Shown piece after piece: positions 1 to 28,317 of a stretch of 64,000 bases of DNA. Every line of letters begins with the position of its first letter. Positions within the stretch are counted from its first letter, which is position 1. Under the pieces are notes generated by a model, which saw only the letters and a list, made by a program, of their open reading frames with translations, searched no databases and was not told where the DNA came from. A program made the translations under genes and the position numbers. The stretch comes from Blastocystis sp. Blastoise (taxonomy: Eukaryota; Protista; Bigyra: Opalinata), in contig JBBPEB010000023.1 in NCBI GenBank assembly GCA_039096225.1, forward strand, positions 496,001 through 560,000. Reading direction: 5' to 3'.

Positions 1-1211
1 ATTAATGATAGTAGAATTGTTTTAAGTATTCTTAAGATAGTAATAATATATCATGTATTATTTATATCCCTATATATGCACATTAATATATATATATCTT
101 ATTTATCGTTTTATCCATCAAAAATTGAATAACAAAGAATATATATATATTGGTATGTATAACGAAACAATGAAAATGTCAATTAATTTTTTTACAATTT
201 TTTTAAATGTTTAAAAAAAAATGTTTTTGCATTTACTATTTGAAAAATGATTTATAATATCAATATATATATGATTCTATTATGGCTATTTCATTATAGA
301 CTTCCATTGAATATAAAACACATTTACTTGCCTATATTCTTTACTAATATAAAAATATCTAAGAAATGCACTAACATACTATTGTATAAAATTTATATGT
401 ACATATATTTAAAAATAGAAGAAGAATTAGAATACTTTTCAAATAATGATCGTAAACTTGTCATCTTCTCAAGAATAATGTAAAAAAATTATATTTAAAT
501 ATAAATATGATGTTTAGCAAGAAAAACAATCTGTGTTATAACGAAGTACCACACTGTTTTTACGATGCAGTTAATGATTGCATAATATCGAGAGACGCAT
601 TGATTTCTGTATAATTATTACAATATTCTTAAATGTATCTTTACTTGTATTTTATTAAATAACGCGTAGTTGAACTACAATAACTGATACTTCATAGTTT
701 TTATCCATTTTTATAGTTCATAGAAAATACTTACCACTATAGCATTTGCCCCATTATTTTCATCACTAACGATCAATAACATTCAATTTTGACTCAAGAA
801 ATTCAGAATACCATCAAAAACTTTCCAAATTATTTGAATATTATACTTTGAAATGGTTACTTAGAACATGCACAATACAATGTTTTAAATAGTTCAACTT
901 GAACATATCTACGAGATACTATACAACGCTTCAAAAGATTTTTTTTATATAAAAGAAGAAAACCGTGACTATTTGATGGTTTTCTGAGTAGATATAAGTA
1001 CTTACAATACACCTACTTGTAAGTTTTCATAATGTACGTAAATTCTCCAAGTATTAAGTTTCAAGTTTCACTTTTTTATTGTTTCAATGACTATTTCGCA
1101 ATTATCATTATCTATATGAAATTCTTGGAATTTATCTATTGTATATTTAGCGATATATATATAACGATAAGTTACTTTATAATTCTTAGTGAAAATAATT
1201 GAATTTTACTA

Positions 1212-5280
<4,069 letters not shown>

Positions 5281-6487
5281 AGCTTATACTGCTATAATTT
5301 GAAGTTTTACTTTTTATTATATTTTTGTATGTCTCACTTTTCTATATTCACGTTTATTTTTAAATATATACATTAATAGAATTATTGTTTTTTGTTTATT
5401 TTTATTCAAAATATATAGAATGATAAATAAATATCTTTTTATTCATGATATATTACATATATACAGTTTTGATTGTACTATCTTATATATATTCCATAAT
5501 CAACAACATGTATTATTTATTATAATAGATTTCTTGTATGATTAAATAAATCAAATATTTTTATAATTTTATAAGAATAATATATGTATATGTTTATAAA
5601 CTTCATGATTCACATACGTTTTTATTATTAACAACAATATTTCTCAATTATAATGACAGTGGCTATATATATATTTATATAGCCATCTCTTTCATATCCT
5701 TTAGAACCTCACTAAACATCAAATAAGAACCAATCATAAAATAAAAAAATATTGATAATAGTTAATACATATATTTATCAAACCATAATATGAAAGTTAC
5801 ATATATCCTATTTTATATAATAAAGATATATAAAGATAATAACTTTTTATATATAATGAATCTTATAGTATACTTGAAAACAAAGAAAATGCGCGTTTGT
5901 TCAACTAAATATCACGAAGTGAGTTTATTTACAATCAAAACTATAGTAGAATTCATATATAATAAGAAAATATATTTGAAATGAATAAAAAATATATATC
6001 CGAATGAAATGAGAAGAAAAACAAGTTTTCTCTGCTTAAACAAGAGAATTCTTTGTTCGTTATATATTCTAACATAACATATTATAAATAAATATACTAA
6101 TTAAACTAATTTGACTCAAAACATATAAAATTTTTCACTTTCAATTCACCAAAAATAAAGTTTTCATGCATGTTTAAATAATGCGTATAATATTTAAGAA
6201 TTATGAATAATATATTCATATGCTATGCTTATAGTTACTGCTAAACATAATAAAAAAAAATTTAAAAATTCAGATAATTCAATGTTAGGTATTGAGAAAT
6301 TAAAAAATTTTTTCTTTGTTGTCATGATTATTAGAAAATTCCACGATTATATAAAACTCTTTTTATTTGTAAAAAACTTAAATTTTTGGATTACAATTCA
6401 TGTTTGTTCTTTCGTTTCACTGATTCATGCTCTAGTATATATACATTTTAAATAGTAAGTAAATTGTTTTTATATAGTTAAAGGAAA

Positions 6488-8456
6488 ATGTATCGAAATT
6501 TAGAAAAAGAAGCTCAAGTTGATCCAAATAAGTTTATAGAAAAAGGGATGATAACATTTTTTGGAACTGAAAGAAGTCTTCATTGTTCTCTTTCAAAAGA
6601 GAGATTAGTTTTATATCCTGAAAGTTGGTTGTATAAAACTTGGCTAAATGCAGCAAATGAGAATGGTGGTGAGTTTTATACTGGATATCCTGAACGTAAT
6701 TTGGAATTAATTATTGCTCATATGAGAGGAGAGCATATTAATATAGATATGAAAGATCATACAGAATTATCTTTATTAATTAATGATTTTAATGAGCATG
6801 ATGTTAAACCTCCTCAATATATACTAGAAAGAATTTCAGAGCAGAAATGGAATGATGGTACTAAAGGTATATATAAATATTTATCGATAATAAATGAGAA
6901 TAGTATAAAGCAGAAAGAGGAAATGAATTTTATGAATAAAAATGATAATAATAAAATAGTTCTTTTGAATAAATTAATTGATTTAATGAATCAGTTAATA
7001 GGTGATAATAAAAGTCTAAAAGAAGATAATAGTTATTTGAAAAATAGTATAAATGAAATAAAGAATGATATAAAAGTGTTTAAGGAAGATCATAATAGTA
7101 TAATGAATGATATGAAAGTGTTTAAAGAAGATCATAATAGCATAATGAATGATATTAAGATATTTAAAGAAGATAATGATAGTATGATGAATGATATAAA
7201 GAATCTAAAAGAAGATAATAATAGTATAAAGAATAATAATGAAATAAATCGTATTAATCTATGTGAGTGTAAGAATGATAATAAATCTATTTTAAATAAT
7301 ATAATTAATTTGAAATCTTCATTAGATGAAATAAATAAAAGTCAAGTAAATTCAAATAATAAAATAGATCATTTTAATTCAATTATATGTAATGATACTA
7401 TTAATAAAAAGGAAATAAATCAATTACCTAATAATATAGATATTCAAAACAAATATCATGTTAATAAATGTAATTCTTCTTCTTCTCCTCCTAGTGTATC
7501 GATACCATTATCTCCTTCTTCTCCTCCTTCTTCTCCTTCTTCTCCTTCTTCTCCTTCTCCTTCTTCTTCTTCTCCTTCTTCTCCTTCTTCTCCTACTTCT
7601 TCTTCTCCTTCATTACCATCTATTTTTCATCGTCAATCTATACATTTGTTTAATCATGATATAACTGATAATAATGGATTTAGTAAAAGTAAAATATTAA
7701 AAAAGAATAGAACATATATTTCTATATTAAATAACTGGCTTGGTAAAGAAAGAAAATGGAAATTATTATTTAGGTATATATATTTGTTTATTATTTATTA
7801 TTATCATATATATAGAGCAAGTGAACATAAGTATTCTGCACGTGAATTCCATAAATATTGTGATAATAAAGGAGAAACAGTAACTTTAATCAAACATATA
7901 GGTCATAATAATCATATTAATATATTTGGAGGATATACAGATCAAAGTTGGGAATCAAAAAAAAGTAACTGTATATATTTTATTATAGATAAATAATTAT
8001 TATATATTTTGTATTATAGATAAATAAATATTATATATATTATTCTATTATAAATAAAAAATTATATATTTCATATTACAGATAAATAAATATTATATAT
8101 ATTATTCTATTATAAATAAAAAATTATATTTTTCTATAGACTTTAAACCCTATTCAAAAGAGTTTCTATTTACTTTAAGTAACGAACATAATATTCCTCC
8201 TACTCAATATCTACATAATGATAATAATGATAATAGCTTTAGTATATTATATAATCCTTCATTTGGACCTATTTTTGGTTCTTATGATTTCGCTTTATCT
8301 GATGATTGCCATAATAATATTTTTTCTGTTTGTAATGCACATTCTTATCAACATATTAATACACCTCAAAACTCATCATTATTTGTTAATACTAATAATC
8401 CTAATTCTGTAAATGCGTTTAAGGTAGATGATTATGAAGTGTGGCAAAGAATATAA
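6488..8456 (+). CDS. BTB-like + coiled-coil + Ser/Pro linker + TLDc domain protein (3 exons)
   Basis: TLDc motifs WKLLFR|ASEH, FHKYCDNKGETVTLIK, IFGGYT, FLFTL, GPIFG, DDYEVW after two GT-AG introns; 14-aa repeats (KEDHNSIMND.KVF) at about 7070-7230. Confidence 0.85.
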
Positions 8457-9222
8457 ATTATTTTTATTAATATTCTATTATTATTTCTTATATTGTTTTT
8501 TTTTTATTGCTATTTATTATATTGCTTTTTTTGTTATTTATTATTCTTTCAGTAGTGGTAAAATAATTATTATGAAGGTTTTTCAAGAACTCCTTCTGTA
8601 TTATTGTTTATTTTTTGTTTTTATATGAAAAGAATACATAAAATTATTATTTTTTCTGTGTGTTTTAAACACAATGCAAAGAAACAGTAATTTATAATAA
8701 AAATATGCTATTAACTTTTATACTATATTTATTTAATTATGACAATAAAGTCTACACATAAAAAACATATAGATAAGATAAGAAAAGAGATTGAACTCTA
8801 AAAAAATATATTTCCATGATCTATATACATAATATAATTAATAGTTAATAGAATGTGTTTATATATAGAATATAAACGCTTTATAAGCTTCTATCTCTCA
8901 AAACAAATCACTCATCAAAACTATTAGCTATAATAAACTAATTAAAACATACGAATAGTGATCTAGATATTCACTATACATATTTCAAATAACTATAAGC
9001 AACTTTTCTCAATTAAAAAAATGTTTTTGTAATTATATGTTTTATTTCATTACCTTTTTTCACATCATGAGAATCATTAAATGGAAATATCATTTTAGTA
9101 AAATAAATAATAGTACAATGTACTAAAAACCTAATATAGATAAAAAAATTAGAAACTACTAAAAATAGAATATAGTTTTCCTTTGTTATCGTAGTTATGT
9201 AATTAATATTTTAGGAATTAAA

Positions 9223-11072
9223 ATGGTAAAACAGAAAATTCTATTTGATTTAGATCGATTTAATCGATTTAAAGAAGATATAAATGTATATGAAGAATTA
9301 TTAGCAGATGTAGTCAATGTATTTTCTGCTGTTCTGAATCTTGGTGTCCATTCTGGTGCGTCTATTACTCGTCTTATCAAACATATTGCAGATGATTGTA
9401 TTGAGAATCCAAATGGTAATAATTGTTCATTTGAAAAGCCTTTAGATGAAACAAAGAATTTCCAAGATATAAATATTATGGATACAATTGATCTAGATAC
9501 TGAAGAAGATAATGATATAGATTTTATTCGATTTACGAATAGTGGTCCTGTATTTAGTGTTTCTAAAAAAATGATGGATCCCTTGAAAGGTTCTTATATA
9601 GAAGAACAGCGTCCTGAAGAATTAAGAACCTCTGATGGAACTATTTTTCTTGGTTATGATGGTAACGATGGTTATGTTTATTATTTATTAGATTATTTAA
9701 ATGGTAAAAAAATTAATTTTAATTCTCTTGATTATGAAGAACAATTAGGTTTATTAGATTTATTTGAATTTTGTTGTTTACCTATACCTGCTGAATTAGT
9801 GGATTGTAGAGAAAGACGAGATATGAAAAAGAAGAAATATGAAGAAAATGATGAAGTTTGTTTATATATAAATAATAAGAAAGATGAATTATTAGTTCAA
9901 TATTGGAAACAAAATAATAATATATGGAAACAAATAATTAAGAATTATGATCGTGGATATGTAAAATATAATCATATAGAGAATATATTATATATTGATC
10001 TTCAATATACATATATTAATTATATTTATGAATATTTAAAAAATAATTATTTAGATATTCCTGAAGAAAAAGTATCTTCTATAAATAAAGAATTATTAGA
10101 GAAAGAAATGTATTCTGTTTTTGGTGATAAAGGAAAAGAAATCGTTCAAGAATGTTTTATTCATTTTAAAGTATTTAAAGGTACAAGTATATTAAAGAAT
10201 AAAATTATGGAAGCATCTCTTTTAAGTTGGCTTCCTAAAGAAAATAAATGGAAACTATTATTTAGGTATATTGTTTTTTTATTATTATTTATTTTTTTTT
10301 AAATTTTATTATTATTATATATTTATTATTATTATATATTTATTATTATTATTATGTTTATTATTATATATTATTATTATAGTCTTTATTATTATATATT
10401 TATTATTATATATTTATTCTTATATATTTATTATTATATATTTATTATTATTATATCTATATATAGAGCAAGTGAACATGAATATAAAGCAAGTGAATTT
10501 CATAAATATTGTGATAACAAAGGAGAAACAATTACTCTTATTAAACATATAGGTCATAATAATAATGAAAATATATTTGGAGGATATACGAATCAAAGTT
10601 GGGAATCACCTAGTTCAGGATGTATATATATATTAATATATATATGAAAAATTATTACAATTATTTTTATATATATTTCAATAATATCTATATATATATT
10701 AACATATATATAAGTTCTATATATGTATTTTTATATATCAATAATATATATATAGTATATAAGACATATTCAGAAGAATTCTTATTTACTTTGAGTAATG
10801 AACATGGTATTCCTCCTACTAAATATGATTATGCTGCAGGTGACAAAAGTTATGGAATCGGCTGTTCTGCTTCTTTTGGTCCTTTATTTGGTGGTGGAAA
10901 TGATATAAGAATCTCAAATAATTGTCATAATAATTCTGATTCTTATTGTAATGCTAGCTGTTATGATGAAATTAATACAAATCAAAATAATTCTTTATTT
11001 GTAAACACAAATAATTCAAAAGCTACTAATAATTTTATTATAGAAGATTATGAAATCTGGGGAAAAGAATAA
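9223..11072 (+). CDS. BTB-like + TLDc domain protein (3 exons)
   Basis: WKLLFR|ASEHEYKASEFHKYCDNKGET, IFGGYT, FLFTL, FGPLFGGGND, EDYEIW; introns at similar places to 6488..8456. Confidence 0.85.
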
Positions 11073-11412
11073 TTTTTTTTTATATTTATATTTTTTTTTA
11101 TTTTTTATGAAGTTTATTATAATATATTTATATATTAAAAATTTATATATATATATGTTATTAATATTCAATTATTATATATTTTTTATATTATTATAAG
11201 TTTATATTTATTTCATTTGACTTTTTTATTATATTATATGCTAACAAAGCGTTATTTTTCTAGTTGAATGAATGAAATTATAATTTGTTTGTTTTCTATT
11301 AATAACAAACAAAATTTATATAAATAAAATGTATATAATAAATATCTAAATAAAAAAAAATAAAAACATATTATTGAAGAGAGAAAAAAAGAATAATACT
11401 AAAATATATATA

Positions 11413-19693
<8,281 letters not shown>

Positions 19694-20781
19694 TTTCGTA
19701 ATTTCGAATATTTTAAATTATTTAAACAATAAACAATATATGAAAAGAATTCTGTTTCAAAAAAAAGAATCAGATTTCTGAAAAATATCTGAAAATTAAG
19801 TTTCCACTGTTAAAAATAGGAGATTCGTTGTTTTCAGATATTCTTCTTGATCTCATTGAAATCAGTAGACTAAGTGATTCTATATAGTTAGAGTTTATAA
19901 AAATGACTTATAGACTATTTGTTGTATCTTGGATATAATTTTATTGAACAGTTCTCAGATAAATAATAGTAATTCAATATTTAAGTCAGAATTATTAGTT
20001 GATTATTAATCAAAGTGTTATTGAGAATGCAAAAGAATGATAAATACTATTGTATGACATTTTTTTAGAATGTATGTGTTTTAATGTGTGATAAATATAA
20101 ATGTAGTTATTTAAGATGACTGTAAACAATATTTACATATCAATGGTATACTTTGTATTGATTTAGAAAATGAATATTTTATGTAATTTGAATGAATTGT
20201 TTTGAAATGTTTTCTTTTTGCATTTATGATATATTTTTATGATATATTCACAACATACATACTGTGACTATGTATTCTGTGTTGTATATTGTTTGTTTTA
20301 CTAAAAAAATACAATAAAAAACAATAAAACGAAACAATATATTTTTATGGAATGAATATTTTTATTAAAAAAAGACCAAAAAACATATATATATTTGAAT
20401 GATATATAACATAGAAAATGATGAAGAAGAATGAGAAATAATTCAAACTAAATAAATTATTTCCATATTGATAAGATACTTATTGAACAATATGTATGAA
20501 TAGAAAAAAAAAATATATATATATTTATATATAGAAGGAAAAGAAAATACTTTTGTTTTTAATAAGAAACATATAGAATAGACATATTTTTGTTTATATA
20601 TAAAATAGAATGAATAATGAATATAAACAATATAGTAAAATAAAAAAATAAGAATAAAATTCTACAATATAAAAAAAATATAGAAATAAAAATATTATAT
20701 AAATAAAAACAATAAAAATTTATTAATAATAATGAATAGTATTAGATATATATATATATAAATAGAAAAAATAATGAATAT

Positions 20782-23468
20782 TTACATTCCACTAATATCA
20801 ATATCATTGACATCAATTTCAATATCATTATCATCAATAATAATACCATCATCATTATTAGTAGTATTAATAGTATTATTATTATAATTACTAGTATTCA
20901 TATAAGTCATTGATGTAGTACTGATAGGTATAGGATTCATATTACTATTACTTATATTATTATTACTATTAATACTATTATTCATATTATAATTATTGAT
21001 ATTACTATTACTATTAATACTATTATTCATATTATAATTATTGATATTACTATTACTATTAATACTATTATTCATATCATTATTATTCATATTATTATTA
21101 TTCATTGATTGTGTATTGATTAAGCATGTAGAAGCATGAGTTTGTTGAGCAAATGGAGATACAGGAACAACAACTGTAGTTCCATGAAGACTTACAGTAG
21201 TTGCATTAGCAGGAATTACCGTGGGAGTTGCATAAGTCACCGACATATCTGAAGGGAATGGTTCACCTGTTACGTCACGTACAACTGTACCTAAAACAGC
21301 TGTTGAAACATTTGTATTTTCAGGAACAGGATTCATTACAACAGGTGTTGTATTTATAACCGTGGGAATATGAACAACGGTAAGTTGATGACCTTCTGGA
21401 GTTACAAATACTTCAGAAGGCATAACAGTTGTTGAATTTTGATTTATATTCAGGGGAATTGTAGCTGTAGGATTCATTGAATTCTCAGTAGATGAAATAG
21501 CTGATGATTTCATAATACTATTATTAATAGTAGTAGTATTATTACTAGGAGTAACAGCAGGAATAGGAGTAGTAATAATAGAATTAGTATTTAGAATATT
21601 TGTACCATTAAGATTTTGTCCATTTGAATATATAATTGAAGATAAAGGTTGTGTTTTATCATAATCTGTTATAATAGGAACAGGAGAATTATTCTTTTGT
21701 AAACCATACATACTCATTTCAACTTCTTTTTTATGTCCATTTGAGTCATTCTATAATAAAAATATATATATATATAATATTCAAGAATTTATAGAATAAT
21801 TATATTTATTTAATTTATATTTAATTTATTTAATTTATATTTAATTTATAACAAGTATAATAATAAATTTAACCATAATAATATTTATAAATATATACTC
21901 TTTCATCCTGTTTAACTTGTTTTCTAATTTTCTTTTCCATATTTTTATTCTTTGCACTATCACTTCCACATATAGTACAACAACAAGAAATTAAAAATAA
22001 TATAAGGAATAGAATTGTGATTACTAAAATAATTGTACCTTCTATATATATTTATTATAATTAAATAATATTAAATATAACTATTTATTACATAATATAA
22101 TATATATATTTAAATGATAATAATAATAATCATATATACATAAAATAGACTATAATATATATATATATATACCAACAGATGTTTCAATATAAGTAATAAC
22201 ATCACCAACAAAATCATATTGAGGTAAAACTAAAGGAGGTATTTCTCTATTTATTTGTACATTATAATTATCATCAGTATTTGCATATATAATTAAATAA
22301 ATAAGACCAGTAGAAGATATAGTAGAGAGAGTGACGGTTTCATTATGACTATTCTCTGTTCTATATATATATTATTTATTATTATTCTTCATAATAATAA
22401 TTATTATAAAGAATAAAATATATTTTAATAATAATAAAATATATTCTAATAATAAAACTATAATAATAATAATAATAAATATATACGATATTTGTGTAAA
22501 ATCATATATAGATCTCGGTAATTGTTCAGAAATAAATATATCAGGATTACCATCATGTATTCCATTAACAGAAATAGATAATTTACCTTCTATATATAAT
22601 GGTTGATCTATTTTATAAACAGAATATTGACCACGTATCATAGATTCAGTAGCGTTACAAATACTACAGAGGGATCTGAGGGATTGTGTTCCTTTCTGTA
22701 AATTCTGAATTGAATATAATACTGGAGAATTACAAGAAGTTCCTATATATAAAGTAAATAAATTTATATATATATAGAGTAAATAATATATATATATATA
22801 AAGTAAATAATATATATATATATATATATATATAATTTAAAAAAAAATCGATATAAAAATTAAATAAATAAAAAAATATCTTATATATACCTTTCCAATT
22901 TTGCATACATTTACATTGTGTTTGTTCTCCGTACATAATACATTGTCCACGACAACTACACACGTGACTATAATCAGAAACACCACAAACATAATCCGAC
23001 GCAACGCACGTGCTACTCTTCAAACTGCCCAATGTAATTAATAGTGTTCCTTTAGTATTTTGTGTGTTATACATACGATTATGTATAGATATATAATAAT
23101 AACCATTATTTAATTGATCACCAGAAATAGTAATAATTTGTATATTTGTATTATTATTATAAGAATCATAATCCATAAAATTTTCTGTATATAAAGTAGG
23201 TTTTGATGCATATTTAACTAATACTAATGGTATAGTATCAGAATTACTTTCTTCTGTATATTGAATAGTTAATAATTGAGTATTACTCACACTAACAGAA
23301 CCAAAATACCAATCTCCGGGTTTTAATGTAAAAACAGAAATAGGAGTATTAAGAGGTAATATATTAATAATATCCTCACAACTTGAACCATAATAACCTG
23401 TTTGACACGTGCAGGAAGGTGCGTCGACACGTAATGAACATGATCCATGACCACTATATATATATATA

Positions 23469-23505
<37 letters not shown>

Positions 23506-25306
23506 TATATATCAATTAAAAAAACTATAAAAATATATATATATTTAAAAAAAACATATATATATATATACTTGCATGTATTCACTTGTGAAGGACAATT
23601 ATTTTTTGATATATCAATATCTAATCGATAACTTAAATCTGATTTACTATATCGACTACAATATACACCAATATACCATGTTCCTACACGTAATCCCTGA
23701 TAAGGATCTATATATAATGTTTGTATATCTTTATTATTACTCCATGAAGATATATCAAAGAAATCATAAGAATCTATTGTAGGTAAATCATTATATTTAA
23801 CTAATAACATCATATCAGCAGTATTTCCAAAATCTCGTTTTATATTAATATATAATCCACTTAATGTATCTGTTATATTTAATGAATAAAATCCCCATAA
23901 ACCATATCTTAATTGTTCTTGATAACTACCACCATAAGTATATACATATGTCATATCTTTAACGCTATTATCAAGAGAAGAACAATCTTCACCAACCCAA
24001 AAACTAGTACATTCACATGAAGGTATATAAGTACTATTATTAACTACACAATTACCGTGATTATTACAATTATTTAAACAAGAAGGTATTTCACATTGGG
24101 TACCTGTCCATCCATAATCACATTCACATGTTCCCTATATATTATTTTTTTATTTTATATATTATTAATTATATATTATATTAATTATATATTATATTAA
24201 TTATATATTATATTATCTATAAATTTATTAATTATATATTATATTAATTATATATTATATTAATTATATATTATATTATCTATAAATTTATTAATTATAT
24301 ATTATTAATTATATATTATATTATCTATAAATTTTATTAATTATATATTATATTAATTATATATTATATTAATTCTATATATTATATATATATACAAATA
24401 AGCATGTTCCTCTACCACTACAACTACCTATTTCAGGATCACTACATGGATCTCGTAAGACTTCTATTGTATAACTATTTGTACTTATACCTAATACACT
24501 TATATATACTAAACCAGGACCAGTAAACTGGGATCCAGTAACAAAGGGGTCCATTTCTATTACTTCAGTTGTAGAAGTACTATTCAATATGCAATAATAA
24601 TAATAAGAATAAGAAGAATAATATTAATAAGAATAATAATAATATTTACATAAATATAAATATAAATATAATATGTTGAATAATCATAAAAAACTATAAT
24701 TAATATATATAAATAAAACATAATAATATACAAAATTTAATATAAAATAATAACATATGTATATATATACCTAGCTGATAGCCATGTAAATTGATTAGGA
24801 GAAGGAGACGTATAAACCATCGAAGCATATATATCAACATCTCCTTGTGTTAATGTAACAATAATCTTTACTTTATAATCAGCAGAAGGAATCATACAAT
24901 CATAAAATTGAAATTGATTGGTTTCAACTGAATTTGTATATTTATATGGATCATCAACAGTTGAAATAACCAAGGGAATCGATCTCTGACCCGTTTGAAA
25001 AGTAGAACATGTCACTCCTGTATAATAACCAGTTGCTATATAAAAATTATATAATATTTGTTATATTTATATATTTATATATATATATAATAAAAGATTT
25101 ATATAATAATAATAATTATATATATATATATACAGGTTTCATCACAAAAACAAACCCCAAATTCATTAATACATGTTCCATGACTGGTACAATTATTTGG
25201 ACAAACAGCTTCGTCACATCCCCTACCTGTAAAGCCTGCGTCACAAATACAATTACCACCAGAACCACATGTACCATGACCATTACATTCACGACCATCT
25301 ATATAG

Positions 25307-25386
<80 letters not shown>

Positions 25387-26602
25387 TATATATATATACG
25401 TGCAGCATCACAAAGATTTTCTTCACATGCGGATCCCCCTCTTGTTGGAACACAATTACATAACCCTGTAGCATGATCACATATATTATTCCCTCCTGAA
25501 CACGTGATTCCATCACTACTTCTATATAATTATATATAAATAGTATATAATTAAATATATAAATAATATATTTTTTTAAAAACTATATATATATATATAT
25601 ATACGTAGGACAAGTAAGAGAAGAACAATCTGTTCCTTCATAACCAGGTAAACACTCGCAGATACCAGAAGAAGTACAAGAACCATGTGACGAGCACATG
25701 TTAGGACAAGATATGGCATCCGTACAAATAGAAGAATAGACTGGACATTCAATTATACCTATATTTATATATATGAATAATCAATACTGAATAATAATAT
25801 AAAAAATTATATATATATATATATATATAATTTAAAAAAATTAATAATAAAAAGAAATAAAAATAATTATAATTATAATTAGATATATATATATATACCT
25901 GCGAATTCACTATTATATGAATTTACATTAATAGAACCACCATTGACAGGGCACGTGACATACGAGGATCCAATAAGAATCTTTAAACGTCCATTTGTAC
26001 ATTCATATTCATGACAACTACCATGTTCAGACGCAGCATTCCCGCGGGAAAATGTACCCATAAAACATAGAGAAGTATCGGATATCGATTCACCATAAGA
26101 AGGTTCAATTAATGTAGAATAAACACTATATATATATATTAAAATTAAATAATAATAATAATAATTCTTATTATAATTTATAATTTATTATTTATTATAA
26201 TATATATACCCTTTATCTCTGCAATGTTTATTACCATACATTTGTATATAAGGACAATAATCAGCAAGAACATCAGAACCACCCAAATTAGGATTTTCAA
26301 AATAAGAATATTGTGAAGGTATAGTTTGTGAATATTGATATAAATTACAATAACCAACACCCATACGATCATGAGTACAACGAGTTTCTAAACTGGAAGT
26401 ACAATAAAATTGAGGTAATGTTGTCCAAGAAGAACAACGATCTCTATATATATATATATAAATGATTCTCTATATGTATGATAATAATAATAATAATAAA
26501 AGAATTAGATAAAAAATCAAGTATATACTATAAATACTATTTATATAAATTATTCGATAAAATACATGATTAAAAGCAATAATATAAAGATTTAAATATT
26601 AA

Positions 26603-26633
<31 letters not shown>

Positions 26634-28317
26634 CTTAACAAAAACACATCCAGCATCTTTTCCCCAAGTAAGTGTTTGTGCATTTGCGAAATTGACTGAG
26701 TACCAACCCATATCTTCAAATAATGCTAATGTTAATGCAGAATATATAGCATTCTGTTCTGCTGTTCCTGTCATATACTCATCATGTAATAATCGCTTCT
26801 CCCTATATATATAATAATTATAATAAATAAATATATAATAATAAATAAATATATAATAATAAATAAAATATAAATAAAATATAAAAAATAAAATATATAA
26901 TAAATAAATATATAATAAATAAATATATAATAATAAATAAATAAATATATATATATACCAATGAGATCCCGCGGTTCCAGGCCCGCCATTATCTTCTAAT
27001 TCTAATCCACTATTTGGCCAATCAAAACATCCAAATTGTTCTTTAGCTTTAGATACAACAGTAGGAGTAATAATTTTGGATACTTGCTTACCAAATTCAC
27101 TAAATTCTTTTACAACCTATATATATATATAATATTTATATTATTAATCTTATGAAATAAACATTATTATAAATAATAAACATAATAATAATAATAATAA
27201 TATTTATAGTATTAATCTTATGAAATAAACATTATTATAAATAATAAACATAATAATAATAAAAAAAACATAATAATAAATATTATATATATATATACTT
27301 GTGATCTTCCCCAAGTATTTCCATTATTAGGTCTTCTATAAGAACTATATCTAGCTTCACTAAATCCTAATACATGAGTTAACTCATGTATACAAACAGC
27401 TATTAATTTATCTCTACTACTTATATCTGTAGATAAATATCGAGGACCAAAATTTATATGACCTAAATATATATATATTTATATTTATTAAATAAAAATA
27501 AATCAATAGAAAAATATTAATATATATATAATTTTTATTTTAATTATAGTAAGATTTTTTTTTTTAAATTAAAAATAAAATTAAAAAAAAATAATATATA
27601 TATACCAAGAAGAGGTCTTCCATATTGATCATATTGACAAGAAACAGCCCAAGCAATAGTAGAACTTAATGTAGGTCTAGAAGTAACAAGAATAACTAAA
27701 TCAGTATTTTCAACACCAGGATTTTGTAAATAGGAAGGTAATTGTCCAGCACAACATGCTATACCAGAATTACCACATGTAGTTAAAGGTGTAGCCATTA
27801 AATTAGTTTGAAGTGGAAGAACTGATAATGCATTTGAAAAATATGTTTTTGCAGCAGGAAGAAGTGTTGATAAAATAAGTGATTTCTTTGCTCCAGTTAA
27901 TATATCAGATGCTGTACATGTATAAGGTTCTCCTGTTGTTGCAGAAGTAACCACATCACCAGCAGCAGTACATTTCCATCCTGGATCACTATAAAAACAA
28001 TTATAAATAGATCAGTATTCATTTAAATAAAACTGATAGCTTACCTCTCTAAGAGGGTAGTATCAAAGGTAATTCGAATGGACTGAAACAAATTTTGTAA
28101 ACGACGTCCTTTATGTCCAACAAGAACAGGATACTTAACTTCCATTGTTCTGTTCTTTTCATTAAGTATTGTCCCCATTTTCTCCATAATCTAATTAAAG
28201 ATGAATAACATTAGTGAATAATCGACTATTAAAGTATACCTTATCATGGATACACATGTGACCGGCAGTTGCCATGCTAATCAAGCATAAGACTCCTATC
28301 AAATAGAGAGATTTCAT
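20782..28317 (-). CDS. Leishmanolysin/GP63-like M8 metalloprotease with EGF/tenascin-like repeats, TM helix and low-complexity tail (about 19 exons)
   Basis: Signal peptide MKSLYLIGVLCLISMATA, prodomain CIHD, zinc motif HELTHVLGF, ELEDNGGPGTAGSHW|EKR, EYMTG, LALFEDMGWY, many CxxxCxxHGxC EGF repeats, hydrophobic IILVITILFLILFLISCCC; all introns GT-AG. Confidence 0.92.

Noticed and set aside
247-483. Short intergenic ORFs (also 5790, 6225, 31172)
   Set aside because: No recognisable motifs and intergenic base composition.
6038-6051. AAACAAGAGAATTC shared with 54129-54142 upstream of two genes
   Set aside because: Only two copies in AT-rich DNA; insufficient to call a promoter element.
11283-11292. 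TGTTTGTT motif (also near 20290 and 50771) suggesting Blastocystis-type stop codons created by polyadenylation
   Set aside because: All 16 reconstructed genes end in a genomic stop codon, and no ORF is truncated just upstream of the motif.
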